From contig NC_014148.1 of assembly GCF_000092105.1 (NCBI RefSeq), forward strand, positions 1,470,001 to 1,502,000: a stretch of 32,000 bases of DNA, in the 5' to 3' direction. Positions within the stretch are counted from its first letter, which is position 1. Every line of letters begins with the position of its first letter. Shown one piece after another: positions 1-9,100 of this stretch. The notes beneath the pieces are model-generated. The model had not been told where the DNA came from and searched no databases. It saw only the letters and a program-made list of their open reading frames with translations. Origin of the DNA: Planctopirus limnophila DSM 3776. Lineage in GTDB: Bacteria; Planctomycetota; Planctomycetia; Planctomycetales; Planctomycetaceae. A program made the translations under genes and the position numbers.

Positions 1-837
1 CTGCGAATGAATGGCGGCGGTGCCTTGACCGAAGCGATTGAAGTCTCAGGGCTGTTTATCGATCAGGGACCAGTGGTGCAGATCAAGGAACCCAACGGCA
101 AAATCAAGTCTTACGACGACGAAGACCCCGGAGTGATGTACAAGGGCCCGCTGGTCGTCCTGTGCAATCGACTGAGTGCTTCTGCCTCGGAGATCTTTGC
201 AGCGGCGATCAAAGATTATGGCCGTGGGATCGTGGTGGGTGATACCACAACGCACGGTAAGGGGACTGTGCAGCATGTGATGCCGATCAGTAATCGGATG
301 TTCTCAGTACTCAACAACCAGGATCTGGGTTCGGTCAAGCTGACCATTAATCAGTTCTACCGGGTCAATGGTGACAGCACGCAGAACCGTGGAGTTCCTT
401 CGGATGTGGTGCTCCCTTCACTTGTCGATCACATGGATCTGGGGGAATCCTTCCTCGAGAATGCACTGGCTTTCGATCAGGTTCCCAAGGCGGCACATCC
501 TATTTATGACATGACACCTGCCAATGTTCTGGCTGCTCTGAAAGAACAAAGTGCCCGTCGTATCGCTGCTGAAGCTGACTTTGACAAGATTCGTAATGAT
601 GTCACACGCTTCGATGCTCGCAAGAACCGCAAGACGATCTCTCTGAATCAGGAAACGCTCAAGAAAGAGCGCGATGAAGAGAAGGCTGTGGAAGAGATCC
701 GCAAGGAAGAGGAAGAGCACGAAACCAAGGGAACCAATGGGCCAATCTTCAAGAAGACGCCCTATAATGATGAAGTGCTCAAGATCGCCAGCGAGTATGT
801 GACCTTGCTGCGTCAGGCGAAGACAGCCAAGCGATAA
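1..837 (+). CDS. C-terminal processing / tail-specific protease, S41 family (5' partial, continues upstream of window)
   Basis: The frame is open from base 1. It carries the S41 catalytic context 'CNRLSASASEIFAAAIKDYGRGIVVGDTTTHGKGTVQ' (Ser...Lys dyad region). A K/E-rich C-terminal tail is typical of long Prc/Tsp-type enzymes. Stop TAA is at 835-837. Confidence 0.85.
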   Translation: MRMNGGGALTEAIEVSGLFIDQGPVVQIKEPNGKIKSYDDEDPGVMYKGPLVVLCNRLSASASEIFAAAIKDYGRGIVVGDTTTHGKGTVQHVMPISNRMFSVLNNQDLGSVKLTINQFYRVNGDSTQNRGVPSDVVLPSLVDHMDLGESFLENALAFDQVPKAAHPIYDMTPANVLAALKEQSARRIAAEADFDKIRNDVTRFDARKNRKTISLNQETLKKERDEEKAVEEIRKEEEEHETKGTNGPIFKKTPYNDEVLKIASEYVTLLRQAKTAKR

Positions 838-895
838 TTCGAATTGGATTAGGCCGGGCTGCTGAAATTTTGCAGTTCGTCAAATGTAAAGATCT

Positions 896-940
896 GAGGG
901 GCGGCACACTTTCATAGTGTGTCGCCCCTCGGGCTTTTGG
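896..940. terminator. Hairpin terminator between convergent genes (possibly bidirectional)
   Basis: GAGGGGCGGCACAC (896-909) pairs with TGTGTCGCCCCTC (918-930), a ~13-bp GC-rich stem with one G-U. It is followed by GGGCTTTTGG on the + strand and by a T-containing stretch on the - strand. It lies between the protease stop (837) and the dehydrogenase stop (1070). Confidence 0.55.
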
Positions 941-1069
941 TGTGCCTTTCAAGTATGAACTATGCAATGAAGCTTTCCGAGAACATGCTTGCTCAGAGCC
1001 GCAAGCATGGCACTTTTCGAGGTCTGAAGCATGGTGCGTTTGGGGAGAGCTGTGAGCAGCTGAGGCCAG

Positions 1070-3664
1070 TTACTTCAAGGTTTCCAGGTAGCTCAGCAGA
1101 TCGCGGAACTCTTGAGGAGTCATTTGCTGAATCAGCCCTTTAGGCATGAGCGATTCCCTGGAGACGGACTGCTCTTCGATCTGATCAAGCGGGATATCCG
1201 AAACGACTCCTTCGTGATTGCGGATGCGAATCATCCCCTTGGGTGAGCCATCGGCCAGCATGCCGGTGATGGTGCGACCATCGGTCATTTCTAACGCGAG
1301 AGTGGAAAACTGGGGCGAGATTTCCCGACTGGGCTCGATGATCGATTCGGCGAGCTTCTGCCGGTTCATCGTGCGGGCAATCCCGCTCAGATCTGGCCCG
1401 ACATTACCACCCGCACCATCGACGCGATGACATTTCGCACAGGCTGTCCCATCGGCTGAGAAAAAGACGCGACGGCCTGCAAGATGGTCTCCAGGAGAGA
1501 TCCAATCGATCGAGGCTGAAGTGGTGATCTGCTCCCCTGAAGCTGTGGCGAGCCTGAGTTGCTCAAGCACATCGCCTTGTCTCGTGGATTGGATCTTTTC
1601 AATTTTTCGAGCGAGTTCCGGCGAGGCGGCAATTTGTGGTTTGAGCACATTTCGCAAAGTGCGAATGGCACTGGACTGAATTCGCGGGTCTGACGAATCG
1701 AGCAGTTTCAGGATTGAAGGAGTAATCTCTGCTGATGACTGGGTTCCAGCTTCTGCTGTGGTTGGTGGTGGCAATATGAGACCGGCGAGAGCATCCAGAC
1801 GCAGTTCGACTGGTAGAGACTCATCGATCGCAATGTTCGTCAGCAGTTGCTTTCTGGCGGGTTGACTGGCACGGGCCAGCGAGCGGACGGCTGCGGTGCG
1901 TAATGGCTCGGGACCTTTGAGAGCTGCCTGAAAAAACTGTTCGTTGAGAGCGAGATCATCGGGGCTGATGAGTTCGAGAGCGAGTGCCCGGATCCCTGGA
2001 TTCTGTGTACTGTCGAAGAGAATCGGCTTTGCCAAAGTCGCCGGGGGAGCCTTCTCAAACTCGGCTGGTGGCTGGCCGGAGGTCATGGCACGAGCCGCCA
2101 GTGCCGCGAGAAAGAGATCTTTGGAGGATAAATCTCCTGCGAGAACCTGTTCGATCCATTTCTGGGCATCTGGCAAGCGATCTTCGGCCACGGCCTGTAC
2201 CAGCAGCCGACGAACAGAGGGATGCGGACTCGTTGCAGCCAGCGATAAGACTTCGGGAGTCAGTCCTTTCTGCTGCCTCAATGCGAGAAACGCCAGTTCG
2301 GCGGCGTAAGGATTCGTGGCGACTTTCAGAGCCTGAATCAACTCCTCTGAAGGCTGTTTGGCCGATTCGACCAATCGACGACTGAAAACAAATGGATCTG
2401 CCAGTCCGGAGGATGCAGAGGAACGGGGTGCCCCCATGGCAACTGGAACATCTTTGGACGAAGTGGCTAGTTTGGGTGAAAGTTTCCACACGCGGCCCTG
2501 CCCATGCAGCTGGTAATCGCGTTTGACCCAGTCACTGAAGTAGACATTCCCGGCGGCATCCTGCTGGATGGAAACAGGGCGGAAATCTTCACCACCAATC
2601 ACAATGGTTTTGAACTCGGCACTAAAGGAGGTTCCTCGTGGCTTCAGCATGTATTGTTCAATCCGATGATCGCCCCAACTGGTGACGAGCAACGTCTGGT
2701 TATAGTCAGCAGGGAAACCTTTCCCCGAATGGACAATGATGCCCGAAGGGGCTTCACCAGTGCCGCAGACCATGGGGAGTGTGCCGGGAATTTCGCCATT
2801 CCAGGAGGTGAAAGGATGTGTCCCTTTGCGACCATTGCGGAAGCGGTAGCCGTAATCTCCACCTTCGATGATGTGAAGCAATCGGCAGGGAGGACGGCTG
2901 TCGGGATCGTTATCGACTGTGAACCAGTCGCCTGCCTTTGTGAAGGCGCTGGCATACGGGTTCCAGAAACCTGTGGCGACCTGTTCGAGTGCATGGCCGT
3001 TGATATCGCAGCGATAGACATTGCCCCCTTCGCCGCCGCCAGCAATGACTTTTCCATCGGCCCCTTTGAGTTCATAAGAGGCCCCCAGGTTTTCGCCGCA
3101 GCCAAAGATCAGTTTTCCGGAAGGATGCCAGGCGAGGCCTGAGAGTCCATTGTGTGGATAGTTGCCTGTGGTCTCGAAATTGATCAGCACCTGGGATTCA
3201 TCACATTTCCCGTCGCCATCGTGATCCTGACATTTGAGTATCTGAGACCGCGTGGCAATGAAGACCAGGTTTCTGGTGGCTTCCCGGGCGAGAGGATCGC
3301 GTTCGCCCAAGAGAAGACTCATCGAGTTTTTGAGATCGTCTTTGAAGATGGTGAGAGGAACTTCGGTGGGTTTAGAAGCGTTTCCTGAAGCCTGACTTTG
3401 GGGCTGAAAGACGAGCACACGATCTTGCGGATGCCTGGAATAACTGCCGGGACGAAAGTGGGTGTTGTTTTCGATGACCCAGATGCGGCCCTGAGAGTCA
3501 ACTTCGAGCCCGGTGGGAGTGGCAATGGCGGGGGAATCGAGAACGCATTCCAGTTGCAGGCGATCGTCGAGAACTTTGGGGGGAACTTCGGCGGCAGGGA
3601 GAAGCGAGATCCAATTCCCCACGACGAGAAGAGCGGCAGCAAATTGATTGGTCAGTTTCCGCAT
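1070..3664 (-). CDS. PVC-type membrane-bound dehydrogenase domain protein with HEAT-like repeats and C-terminal cytochrome c (CxxCH) heme-binding domain
   Basis: 864 aa with an N-terminal signal peptide (MRKLTNQFAAALLVVGNWISLLPAAE). The N-terminal half is beta-propeller-like (GRIWVIENN, DNDPDS, GGDYGYR). A middle helical repeat region follows. The C-terminal 'FFSADGTACAKCHRVDGAGGNVGPDLSGIA...SLMPKGL' is a class I cytochrome c motif. This architecture matches the Pirellula/Verrucomicrobium-type heme-binding dehydrogenase family. Confidence 0.8.
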   Translation of the reverse strand: MRKLTNQFAAALLVVGNWISLLPAAEVPPKVLDDRLQLECVLDSPAIATPTGLEVDSQGRIWVIENNTHFRPGSYSRHPQDRVLVFQPQSQASGNASKPTEVPLTIFKDDLKNSMSLLLGERDPLAREATRNLVFIATRSQILKCQDHDGDGKCDESQVLINFETTGNYPHNGLSGLAWHPSGKLIFGCGENLGASYELKGADGKVIAGGGEGGNVYRCDINGHALEQVATGFWNPYASAFTKAGDWFTVDNDPDSRPPCRLLHIIEGGDYGYRFRNGRKGTHPFTSWNGEIPGTLPMVCGTGEAPSGIIVHSGKGFPADYNQTLLVTSWGDHRIEQYMLKPRGTSFSAEFKTIVIGGEDFRPVSIQQDAAGNVYFSDWVKRDYQLHGQGRVWKLSPKLATSSKDVPVAMGAPRSSASSGLADPFVFSRRLVESAKQPSEELIQALKVATNPYAAELAFLALRQQKGLTPEVLSLAATSPHPSVRRLLVQAVAEDRLPDAQKWIEQVLAGDLSSKDLFLAALAARAMTSGQPPAEFEKAPPATLAKPILFDSTQNPGIRALALELISPDDLALNEQFFQAALKGPEPLRTAAVRSLARASQPARKQLLTNIAIDESLPVELRLDALAGLILPPPTTAEAGTQSSAEITPSILKLLDSSDPRIQSSAIRTLRNVLKPQIAASPELARKIEKIQSTRQGDVLEQLRLATASGEQITTSASIDWISPGDHLAGRRVFFSADGTACAKCHRVDGAGGNVGPDLSGIARTMNRQKLAESIIEPSREISPQFSTLALEMTDGRTITGMLADGSPKGMIRIRNHEGVVSDIPLDQIEEQSVSRESLMPKGLIQQMTPQEFRDLLSYLETLK
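1427..1441 (-). other. CxxCH heme c attachment motif (CAKCH) codons
   Basis: The reverse complement of ATGACATTTCGCACA reads TGT GCG AAA TGT CAT. Confidence 0.8.
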
Positions 3665-3984
3665 GTATCGGCTTTCGCTGCAGGATGTGAATGCCAGGTG
3701 TTTTGCAGCATCATCCTGTTTCGGTCACGCGAAAACAATTGACCATACTTCGATGTTTTCAAGGCAATTCTGGAATCATGTTTTTATGGCCTTTCAAAGG
3801 AACGATGGGCTCTCTTTGGACCCATGATTCACGCAACAGCTTTTCGCTTTCTCCAAACATCGGTACCCAAATCCATCCGCGATTGTTCATCAAGAACGAC
3901 GTGCAGATCGTTCAGAATCATTTCCAGCGACTATTGACGCTAAAAACATCGCAATAAGCGACTTCAGGCCGAAACCTTGCTTGG

Positions 3985-5145
3985 TCACTTCGTCAGGCGT
4001 TCGATGAACTGATCGACAATTTTATAATGCTGAACAGGTTCGACATGACCAAACACCGCGATAAAGCCCTCGCTTGAGCCGCCTGAAGGGCCTTGAAACG
4101 TCTTCAGCTCTGGCGACCATTTGAATTCATATTTTTTTGGTCTGCCTGGTTGGCTTTCGTCATATAGAACCACCAAGGGATAGCCATCGGGAGATTCTTC
4201 GATGGACCATCTCCATAGTGCATGAGGTTCTGTGTTTCGTGAGTACCCGAAATTTAAGATCAAAAGCGATTCTTGTTTTTCGGAGAAAGGGGTAATGACC
4301 AGCCACTGGCCAGACCAAGTATAGTGGCCGGCGACTGGATCTGGACGATTCTCTCTTCTACCATACTTCACCAATTCCGGGATGCCATCGCCATTAACAT
4401 CCCTTATGATGTCATCTGGTTCAATAACATTCATCCCACCATAAGGGAGTATGTAGCGACCTCGATAGTCGACAAAATCAAAGACTGTACTTGAGCCATC
4501 ATCACGAGAATTTCTGTAAACCACATACAGCGGATGTCCACTGGTACTATTTATCACTTGGACATTTTCCACTTTACGATGGTATAAGCGGCCAGGCTCT
4601 TCACTATGACAACGCCACCAGGCATGGAGTTTGTCGTAGACTTCCTGGGCATTTTCCCCCAGAAGTTCGTGAACAATCTTCTCAGGGACGACGTCTTTCG
4701 CGACCTCGCAATCCCGTTTTCGCTGTGCGGCAGCCTCTTGTGCCTCTCTTTTCTGTAACGCTCGATACTCCTTCAAAAGTTGCATCTTTTTATGGGGATG
4801 GTCAAAGTGAAATGCTCCCCGGGCGACATCATATTGAATGATTAATCCATCAAGGAATGGAACGTCGTCGCGACTGATGAGATAGAGAAAACCACCAACA
4901 ACCTGGCAGGTAAAGCCCTCCCTGCTGGTCGTACCGTCAATACCCATGTCGTATTGAGGAAATGGTATATTGCCAATCAGCGATGCGTCGAGCCAGACGG
5001 ACTTGGCTCCCGGATTTTCATCGAAGACTTTCCTCAGGGCCATCTCGGCCTCAGGACTCATGAAGATATTGGCCGCTGGAATCGACTTGGATTTTATCCC
5101 TAATAATGAAGCCAATTGAGCGATCAGAGATTTCAACACCCACAA
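3985..5145 (-). CDS. Hypothetical protein; weak N-terminal resemblance to a cysteine-less HesB/IscA-like fold
   Basis: A 386-aa ORF whose track start is TTG at 5145. An ATG at 5061 (MSPEAEMALRK...) is an equally plausible start. The segment 'FTCQVVGGFLYLISRDDVPFLDGLIIQYD' resembles the C-terminal half of HesB/IscA domains but lacks the Cys ligands. I did not recognise the rest. Amino-acid composition looks coding-like, unlike the overlapping frames. Confidence 0.55.
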   Translation of the reverse strand: MWVLKSLIAQLASLLGIKSKSIPAANIFMSPEAEMALRKVFDENPGAKSVWLDASLIGNIPFPQYDMGIDGTTSREGFTCQVVGGFLYLISRDDVPFLDGLIIQYDVARGAFHFDHPHKKMQLLKEYRALQKREAQEAAAQRKRDCEVAKDVVPEKIVHELLGENAQEVYDKLHAWWRCHSEEPGRLYHRKVENVQVINSTSGHPLYVVYRNSRDDGSSTVFDFVDYRGRYILPYGGMNVIEPDDIIRDVNGDGIPELVKYGRRENRPDPVAGHYTWSGQWLVITPFSEKQESLLILNFGYSRNTEPHALWRWSIEESPDGYPLVVLYDESQPGRPKKYEFKWSPELKTFQGPSGGSSEGFIAVFGHVEPVQHYKIVDQFIERLTK

Positions 5146-5194
5146 ACTCCTGAACCAGCGAAAGTGACTGAGCGAACCATTCCGCAGAGAATAT

Positions 5195-5217
5195 CAACCC
5201 ATTCTGTGAATGGGTTG
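5195..5217 (-). terminator. Possible weak intrinsic terminator hairpin after the SUFU-like gene
   Basis: A perfect 9-bp stem, CAACCCATT / AATGGGTTG, with a 5-nt loop. On the - strand it is followed by AUAUUCUCU. It lies 20 bp downstream of the stop at 5237. Confidence 0.3.
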
Positions 5218-5236
5218 GACTCTTTGCCAGAGCAGG

Positions 5237-5917
5237 CTACCACCACTTCGAGATGCGATTCCAGAGTTTTTCTAAACTGCTTTCCTGGCCTTCAACCACC
5301 GGTGGACGATCAAGGTCGGAGTAGGGGTAATAATTCGCGGCCATCAGCTTTTCGAGAAGCGCCTGTCCGCCATGCTGGCGGGCGTAATCCATTTCGACGC
5401 GATGAATCTCCATGATCAGCATGAGGCCGAAATCGGCATGTGCGTCTGTCATGCCATAAGCGTCGAGAATCAGGCAGCGCCCGCCGACAACTTCCATATC
5501 GCTCGGAAACTCTACGGTTTCGAAGGGATTGAGCTTCGCCTGAGCGCTATAGGGAGCCATCATGTTGAGAATGGCATTGATGGTGTAATGCATCTTCCCG
5601 AAGGGAGTTTCGGGCTTTTGTGCATCCTCCAGCGAAAGATCATGGCGGGTGAACATGACGAACTCATAGGTGGTGAAGACATTGTTGGTCGAGCCTTCGC
5701 TCGGACTGTTCGAGAGCTCCTTGGTGGCAATGCCTGTTCCCGGAATGAGATGTGGGTAGTAATAGAGGTCGAGCCCGCCACCCACCGCATACGGGATGAT
5801 GGCGTGCATGACCATGTCGTGCTCTTCACCCAGCAATTCGACCATGCGGGCCGATTTCTCAGCGTACCATTGGGATTCGAGAGAGTCTTCCCCTTCCTCA
5901 AGCGGTTGATCACTCAT
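5237..5917 (-). CDS. Suppressor-of-fused (SUFU)-like domain protein
   Basis: 226 aa with an ATG start. 'HAIIPYAVGGGLDLYYYP', 'GIATKELSN' and 'YEFVMFTRH' match the pattern I recall for bacterial SUFU-family proteins (PYxLGGxDPLDxxxxY ... T.G.S ... ELxxR). No signal peptide is present. Confidence 0.6.
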   Translation of the reverse strand: MSDQPLEEGEDSLESQWYAEKSARMVELLGEEHDMVMHAIIPYAVGGGLDLYYYPHLIPGTGIATKELSNSPSEGSTNNVFTTYEFVMFTRHDLSLEDAQKPETPFGKMHYTINAILNMMAPYSAQAKLNPFETVEFPSDMEVVGGRCLILDAYGMTDAHADFGLMLIMEIHRVEMDYARQHGGQALLEKLMAANYYPYSDLDRPPVVEGQESSLEKLWNRISKWW

Positions 5918-5960
5918 CCGGAACCGGCCCTTTATCGATGACTGATGGCTAGGATTCTAC

Positions 5961-6103
5961 AGATTCCCATAAACAACTGCGTGGCGGGTGGCTGGGGTTG
6001 AGTCTTCGAACCCCCAGCGATCTACGGCACAATCTGGGGGTTCGCGAAGAGGCTCAACCCCATACACCTTATACCAAGGAACGCAGTCAAATACTGGAAT
6101 CCG
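5961..6103 (+). repeat. Nested-palindrome intergenic repeat, copy 1 (full length, 143 bp)
   Basis: AGATTCCCATAAACAACTGCGTGG..GGTGGCTGGGGTTGAGTCTTCGAACCCCCAGCG..CTGGGGGTTCGCGAAGAGGCTCAACCCC..ACGCAGTCAAATACTGGAATCCG. It aligns along its length with copies at 16420-16553, 15738-15837 and 22679-22798. It sits 35 bp downstream of the A2M stop. Confidence 0.85.
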
Positions 6104-6137
6104 TATTCCATCATTTAAACCCAGCCACGGAGCATGA

Positions 6138-9100
6138 TCAATCGACAATCCGCAGTTTGAACTCATCGGAGTTGCCGCGAAGTTCGGGGGCGTACATGGC
6201 GTGTCCGCGAGCGGGTAAGGCACTGAATTGCCCTGGGATTTCGGCTCTCAGACGATAGCTGACCTGATGCCGTCCGCGTGGCAACGATCGGACAAAGAAC
6301 GCCACGCGTTCATCGCGGAATTCGACAAAAGCCCCCAGTTCATTGCCTGTATAGCCGCTGCGGAGATCGACCGCTTCACTTCCTGCGGCTTTGAGATCTT
6401 CAAAGAGCAGGTACTCGTAATCGTTCTTGGTTTCGATGATCAATTCGATTTCGAGAAGGTCGCCACTTTTCAGTTCATCGAGACGGGCCAGCGGGGTCTT
6501 CTTAAAGCCGGCCTCATCGACATTTTGTGCCGCACCGGTTTGAGTGGGGCGGACGCCGTCTTTCACAATCGGATCGAGCCGATAGAACTTGCGATCGACT
6601 TTGACTTCTAATCCTGCTGCTGGGATGGGATCTTCCAGAGAGAAGTAACTGACATCGACATTGAAGTAGACCGGCCCGGCCCCTTTGCGGCGGAATTCGA
6701 CGCGATGAGCCCCTGTGGTTAATTCGTCACCAGTGACCAGCAGGCGTGTCTGGGCGGTGAACAGGTTCTCTTTCGAGAGAGCGACTTCCTGGCGCAGCTT
6801 GCCGTCAAGCCAGACTTCGACTGTCATCTGAGGATTGAGTTCTCCTGTCGCTTTGAGATATTCGATGAAGGCTTCAATGACCAGCGCCGTATCGCGAGTG
6901 CTGTTCCAGTAGGTGGCATGCCGGCGATTGTTGAGCAGGTACTTGACCAGTCGGGGAGCGACCTCGCTTTGGGGATTGGTGCGTACGAGGAGCTTGAGGT
7001 ACGTGGCCATCGCTTCGATATCGCTGCCATGCCAGAGCCACCAGCGATTGCCAGCGGGAAGTTTGAGGAATGCGGTTTCGTTCGAAGCATCCTGAACGAC
7101 GAACTGGCCGATGTTTTCCTGCAGCATGGCGAGTTGTTCGGCTCGGCCTTCGGCATGCAGGGCCAGAGCGAATAGACTCATCGAATAGACCGACAGATCG
7201 ACTCGATCGCGGTAGAGAAACTCCCGCATTTCGGCTGAAAACTGGCGGGTTTCGCCCAGGACTGAAAAGACCAGTGCATCGGTATCATCGGCTTTGGATT
7301 TATGGTTATGAGCTTCTTTGGGGAGTTTCAACCAGCGGAGTTCTCCTGCCTGATAATTCTGCAACCAGGCAATGCCACGAGCTAATGATTCTTCGTTGAC
7401 AGGAGCACCGTTTTCTTTGGCGAGGAGCAGACCATGCACCACAACTGCCGTGGTGTGTGGCCAGGAGTGTTCGCCAAAGCCGCTGAACCAGCCCCAGCCA
7501 CCGTCGGAGAGTTGCATCTCGACCAGAGCCTCCAGCCCCTCCCGGCTCATTTTGGCCACTTCGGCCTCGTTGAAGACCGGCTCGCGGTTGAAGCGTTTCC
7601 AGCGAACCGCTCGTTCATCCGGCCCGGCAGCCTCTTGAGGATTGAGCTGGCTCCGTTTGGCGGCGATCTCCTGAAGTGACAGATTCATCGACAGGAGCAG
7701 TCGCTGCGTGGCGAGTGTGGGCAGAAAGCGGTTGAGTGTCTGCTCAGTACAGCCATAAGGAAATTCGACGAGATAAGGGAGAGCGTCGACAATGGCACCT
7801 GCCAGAGTGGGCGAGTAGCGAACATCGAGAATGGCGGTTTCGGGCCGGCGCTCGGCTGGTAATTTGAATTCGACAGCCAGTGAATCAACGCCGGGCTTGA
7901 GCGTCCCGGCAAATGGTTCCTGTCTGGGGGCACCATGCACATAGACCGGGAACTTCATCTGAGTGGCATCGGATTCTTTAGTTGAGCGGGCAATCATGCG
8001 GATGGTGGCTGTCCCTTCGCGAACGACTTTGACCCGCCAATCGACGCGGACTTCGGCTTGACCATCGATCACGACGTCCGCAAGCGCAGGTGTGAGCAGT
8101 TGGAGGGTGTCGCCCTCGAACTCGATATTCACCTGAGCGGCCAGAGCCTCAGCGAATTCGTTGCGAACGTTGGCAGAGAGCACCACTTCGTCTTTTTCGA
8201 CGAAGAATCGTGGTGCCTGCAGACGGACAATCAGGTTCTTACGAGTCACAACCTGCGAAGTCGCTTCGCCGACTTGAGCCTGTGGCCCCATAGCCCACGT
8301 GCGGAGTTTCCAACCGGTGATGTTCTCGGGCATTCTGAATTTGACGACAGCGCGGCCCGATTCGTCGGTGATGATCGAACCATTCCAGAAGGCAGTATCG
8401 GCGAACTCCTGTCGAACAGTGACGGGGGCGGCCTCGATTTGTGTCATGTTCAGGGCGACGGCATCAGCACTTTCCATTACTTGAGATTTGGACATCGGAG
8501 CGGCCATCGCAGCCATAGGTGCACCGGGGGCACCACCTGCCATGGCGGAGAATCGCTCCGCATTGTCCATTCCACCCCGGCGAACACCAAGACCTCCGCC
8601 GAAACGTTTTCTCAACACTTTGTCATCAACATCCATGCTGCCAAAGAGACCAATAGGCTGCAGAACCACTTGATGAGGCATGCGGGCGGGGAACGACGTG
8701 CGCGAGAGATTGTTTTCGTTCTGGGGAGTATGACTGCGTTTCCAACTCCAGAAGAATTCACGAATGTCGCCTGAGAGTGGGCCGCCGGCAATGGCATCAA
8801 TGCTGCGGTCGTAGACCGAGAGCGCGAGTTGACCCACAAATGGCTGACCGAGTTTATCTTTGATTTCAAGCGTGGCCTGAGCTTCACTTCCTGGCAGATA
8901 CTCGACCTGTGAGGGAGTGATCGAAACGTCGAGAAGTTTTCCAGCAGGAGGGACGAAAATTTCCCGCACAGCCGAGTGAACAACACCTGCAGAGACCGTG
9001 ATCGCTTCGACGAAAATGTTGGGGCGATCGGCGGCATCGAGCGGTATGGGGATCAACATGGTCTGTCCCACCAGCTGCTTGACTTCCACCTTTCCGCCCA

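Noticed and set aside
2504-3142. Long ORFs antisense to, or out of frame with, strongly supported genes. Examples are 2504-3142(+), 5372-5941(+), 8058-8774(+), 10317-10832(+), 14181-14768(+), 14978-15625(-), 17401-18147(-), 20214-20921(-), 24573-25088(+) and 28154-28732(+).
   Set aside because: Each lies entirely within a gene whose product has clear family motifs on the other strand or frame. Their translations are R/S/P/G-rich with no recognisable motifs, as expected for shadow ORFs in moderately GC-rich DNA.
3691-3957. An 88-aa ORF (+), and a ~30-aa minus-strand ORF, in the 320-bp spacer between the dehydrogenase gene and the 386-aa hypothetical gene.
   Set aside because: No motifs, poor coding-like composition and no ribosome-binding signal. 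This is most likely the promoter region of the dehydrogenase gene.
3985-5145. Possible low-GC (horizontally acquired) island around the hypothetical and SUFU-like genes.
   Set aside because: Hand counts of two 60-bp samples gave about 48% and 52% GC. That is only slightly below the window's apparent average and not convincing without a proper sliding-window or codon-usage calculation.
5957-6258. Small ORFs crossing the repeat copies (5957-6223, 5998-6258, 15583-15816, 15733-16164, 16284-16706, 16381-16947, 22631-22900, 22658-22915). Their shared peptides could look like a conserved small-protein family.
   Set aside because: The shared peptides arise in several different frames and on both strands of the same nucleotide repeat. 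Similarity stops at the repeat borders. This pattern indicates nucleotide-level rather than protein-level conservation.
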